Assembly (NCBI RefSeq): GCF_001194135.2
Contig: NC_068986.1
Coordinates: 81,674,834 to 81,738,833, forward strand
Source of the DNA: Octopus bimaculoides
Taxonomy: Eukaryota
Direction: 5' to 3'
DNA length: 64,000 bases
Positions 62,377-64,000 of this stretch are shown piece after piece. The position numbers were made by a program, and so were the translations under genes. The stretch's first letter is position 1; every line of letters starts with the position of its first letter. The notes beneath the pieces are model-generated. The model was not told the DNA's origin, made no database searches, and worked only from the letters and a program-made list of their open reading frames with translations.

Positions 62377-63543
62377 TACTTTTCTTTCCTTCCCTGAGCA
62401 TCTGCTAATACTTTGCATGTACCATGTCCTCGCATCGTTGTTCTTTACTTGTGCTTTTCCTCGTTTTTGGGGGGGATGCCTGTGCATGTTCAAAGATGTG
62501 TGTGTGTATGTATCTATATCTATATATCTGACTATATATGTATGTATGTATGTATGTGTGTGTGTGTGTGTGTGTGTATTTATATGTATGTATCAGTGTG
62601 TGGTGGTTTCTATGTCTTTTTGTATAATCATCATATACATCATTGTGTAAGTATGCATGGAGCAGGTGTGTGTTTGTGTTTAGCTTGACTGACAAGTTAA
62701 AGTGTTGTGTATAACTTCATATTATTTCATAATTTATCTTGTTTAACTTTCTGATACTAGGTGTGAAGAAATGCTTCAGCACTGTAGAGCCCAGTTTAAT
62801 TAAGTGTTTATCCAGTAACTTATGTTGCTTCCAAGGTTAATTTAATAACCTTATTGTAAATAACGGAACTCTGCAAATATAGAACTATACAAATATGTGC
62901 ATTGAAAATAACTGCATTAGGTTTTCTGTGGTAGTTACACACATGCACACACAGACATATACACGTGCAGTTGCTTTGATACACACAACACAAACATATA
63001 ACATATGTACATGCAACACAGACATAACACTCTTGCATGTGTGCACATACATGCACAGACGCACATTCTTTCATTCTATCCTTTGCACATACACCACACA
63101 CAAATACTTATTATCTCTCTCTCTCTCTGTCTTCATCCTATAGTAATTTAGTTTTAATTAATGTCAAAATAGTCCATCTGTAATAATCGTCCTGTATGTA
63201 AAATATAGCTTCTCTCCTACCACTTTATTTATCATCTACATGTACATTGTCATTGCTGTAATTGACTGAAAGACCGGCAGAGCAGCATCAGATTAGCCAT
63301 GTGACCCCAATTAAGGACCAGAACTATTGCAGTGGAGCTTCTAACTAGTCTCAAGTATTGACTGAACTCTGAAAACATTTTGAGTGAAGATCATAACAGT
63401 TTAACTGCAGTGAACATAGTGTTGTAAACACCGAGTTTGATCCTTGTCAAATATTGTACAGTCAATTGCTGACACAGTCATCATATAGTGCATATGTAGA
63501 ATAGTGTGTGTGTATATGCATACTGCATACATAGACCTCCTAA

Positions 63544-63581
<38 letters not shown>

Positions 63582-63874
63582 AGAGAGAGAGAGAGAGAAA
63601 GAAATATTTGGTTTTGTACTTTATTACATTAATTTACCTGTCAACATTTGTGTGGACACTTGATAGAAATGATGTAATGGTGCTATTCTTACTCTCATCC
63701 TTGTCATCATTACCATCACCACTGCTGCTGTTACCACCACCATCATAACCATCTCCACTACCATCGCCATCATCAACCCTGCAACCACTATAATTATCTC
63801 CATAACCATCATTGTGGCTGTAATCACCACCACCACCACTACATGGAAGAGGCAGTAAATAAAAAAGTAAGATT

Positions 63875-64000
63875 GGTACTTCATCAGTTACAATGATGAG
63901 AGTTCCAGTTGATCTGATAAACAGAACAGCCTGCTTGGGAAATTAACTTGCAAGTGGCTGAGCACCACACAGACTCACCCTTAACATAGTTCTCAGAGAT
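63875..64000 (-). mobile_element. 3' end of a SINE family C copy (older, CpG-decayed)
   Basis: The reverse complement of 63950-64000 matches 58430-58487 (gagaactaygttaagggt...gtgctcagccacttgc). Confidence 0.8.

Noticed and set aside
61418-62493. Long 219-327-aa ORFs
   Set aside because: They are open only because they span the N gap; the same applies to ORFs at 17330, 30986-31314 and 58407-58719.

Overview
AT-rich, CpG-poor, microsatellite-dense eukaryotic DNA with four N gaps. The SINE, LINE and MITE repertoire points to a cephalopod, most likely Octopus; this is inferred from the repeat families. No host protein-coding exon could be supported, so the window reads as intronic or intergenic, and nearly all listed ORFs are microsatellite translations, gap-spanning artefacts or transposon relics. 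Recognisable content: (1) about 20 copies of a ~220-bp tRNA-headed SINE (family A), several CORE-like SINEs (family B) and a third tRNA-SINE (family C); (2) RTE-clade LINE relics, including a 1.75-kb 5'-truncated copy whose RT carries an inserted PHD-like Cys finger and whose 3' tail is shared with four short elements; (3) at least five fragments of R4/Dong-type LINEs with a restriction-like endonuclease, most sitting in (TAA)n repeats; (4) TTAA-flanked piggyBac-like MITEs, one nested in a hAT MITE; (5) a possible Helentron/DINE-like element; (6) a mariner element with both TIRs. The most notable structure is a 498-bp spacer-less palindrome of a tRNA-headed element, inserted into the mariner transposase with a 13-bp target-site duplication. 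Each arm carries a Penelope-type minimal hammerhead ribozyme motif, and a second, unrelated hammerhead motif with an intact core lies at 62342-62376. All alignments were done by eye and boundaries are approximate unless stated otherwise.
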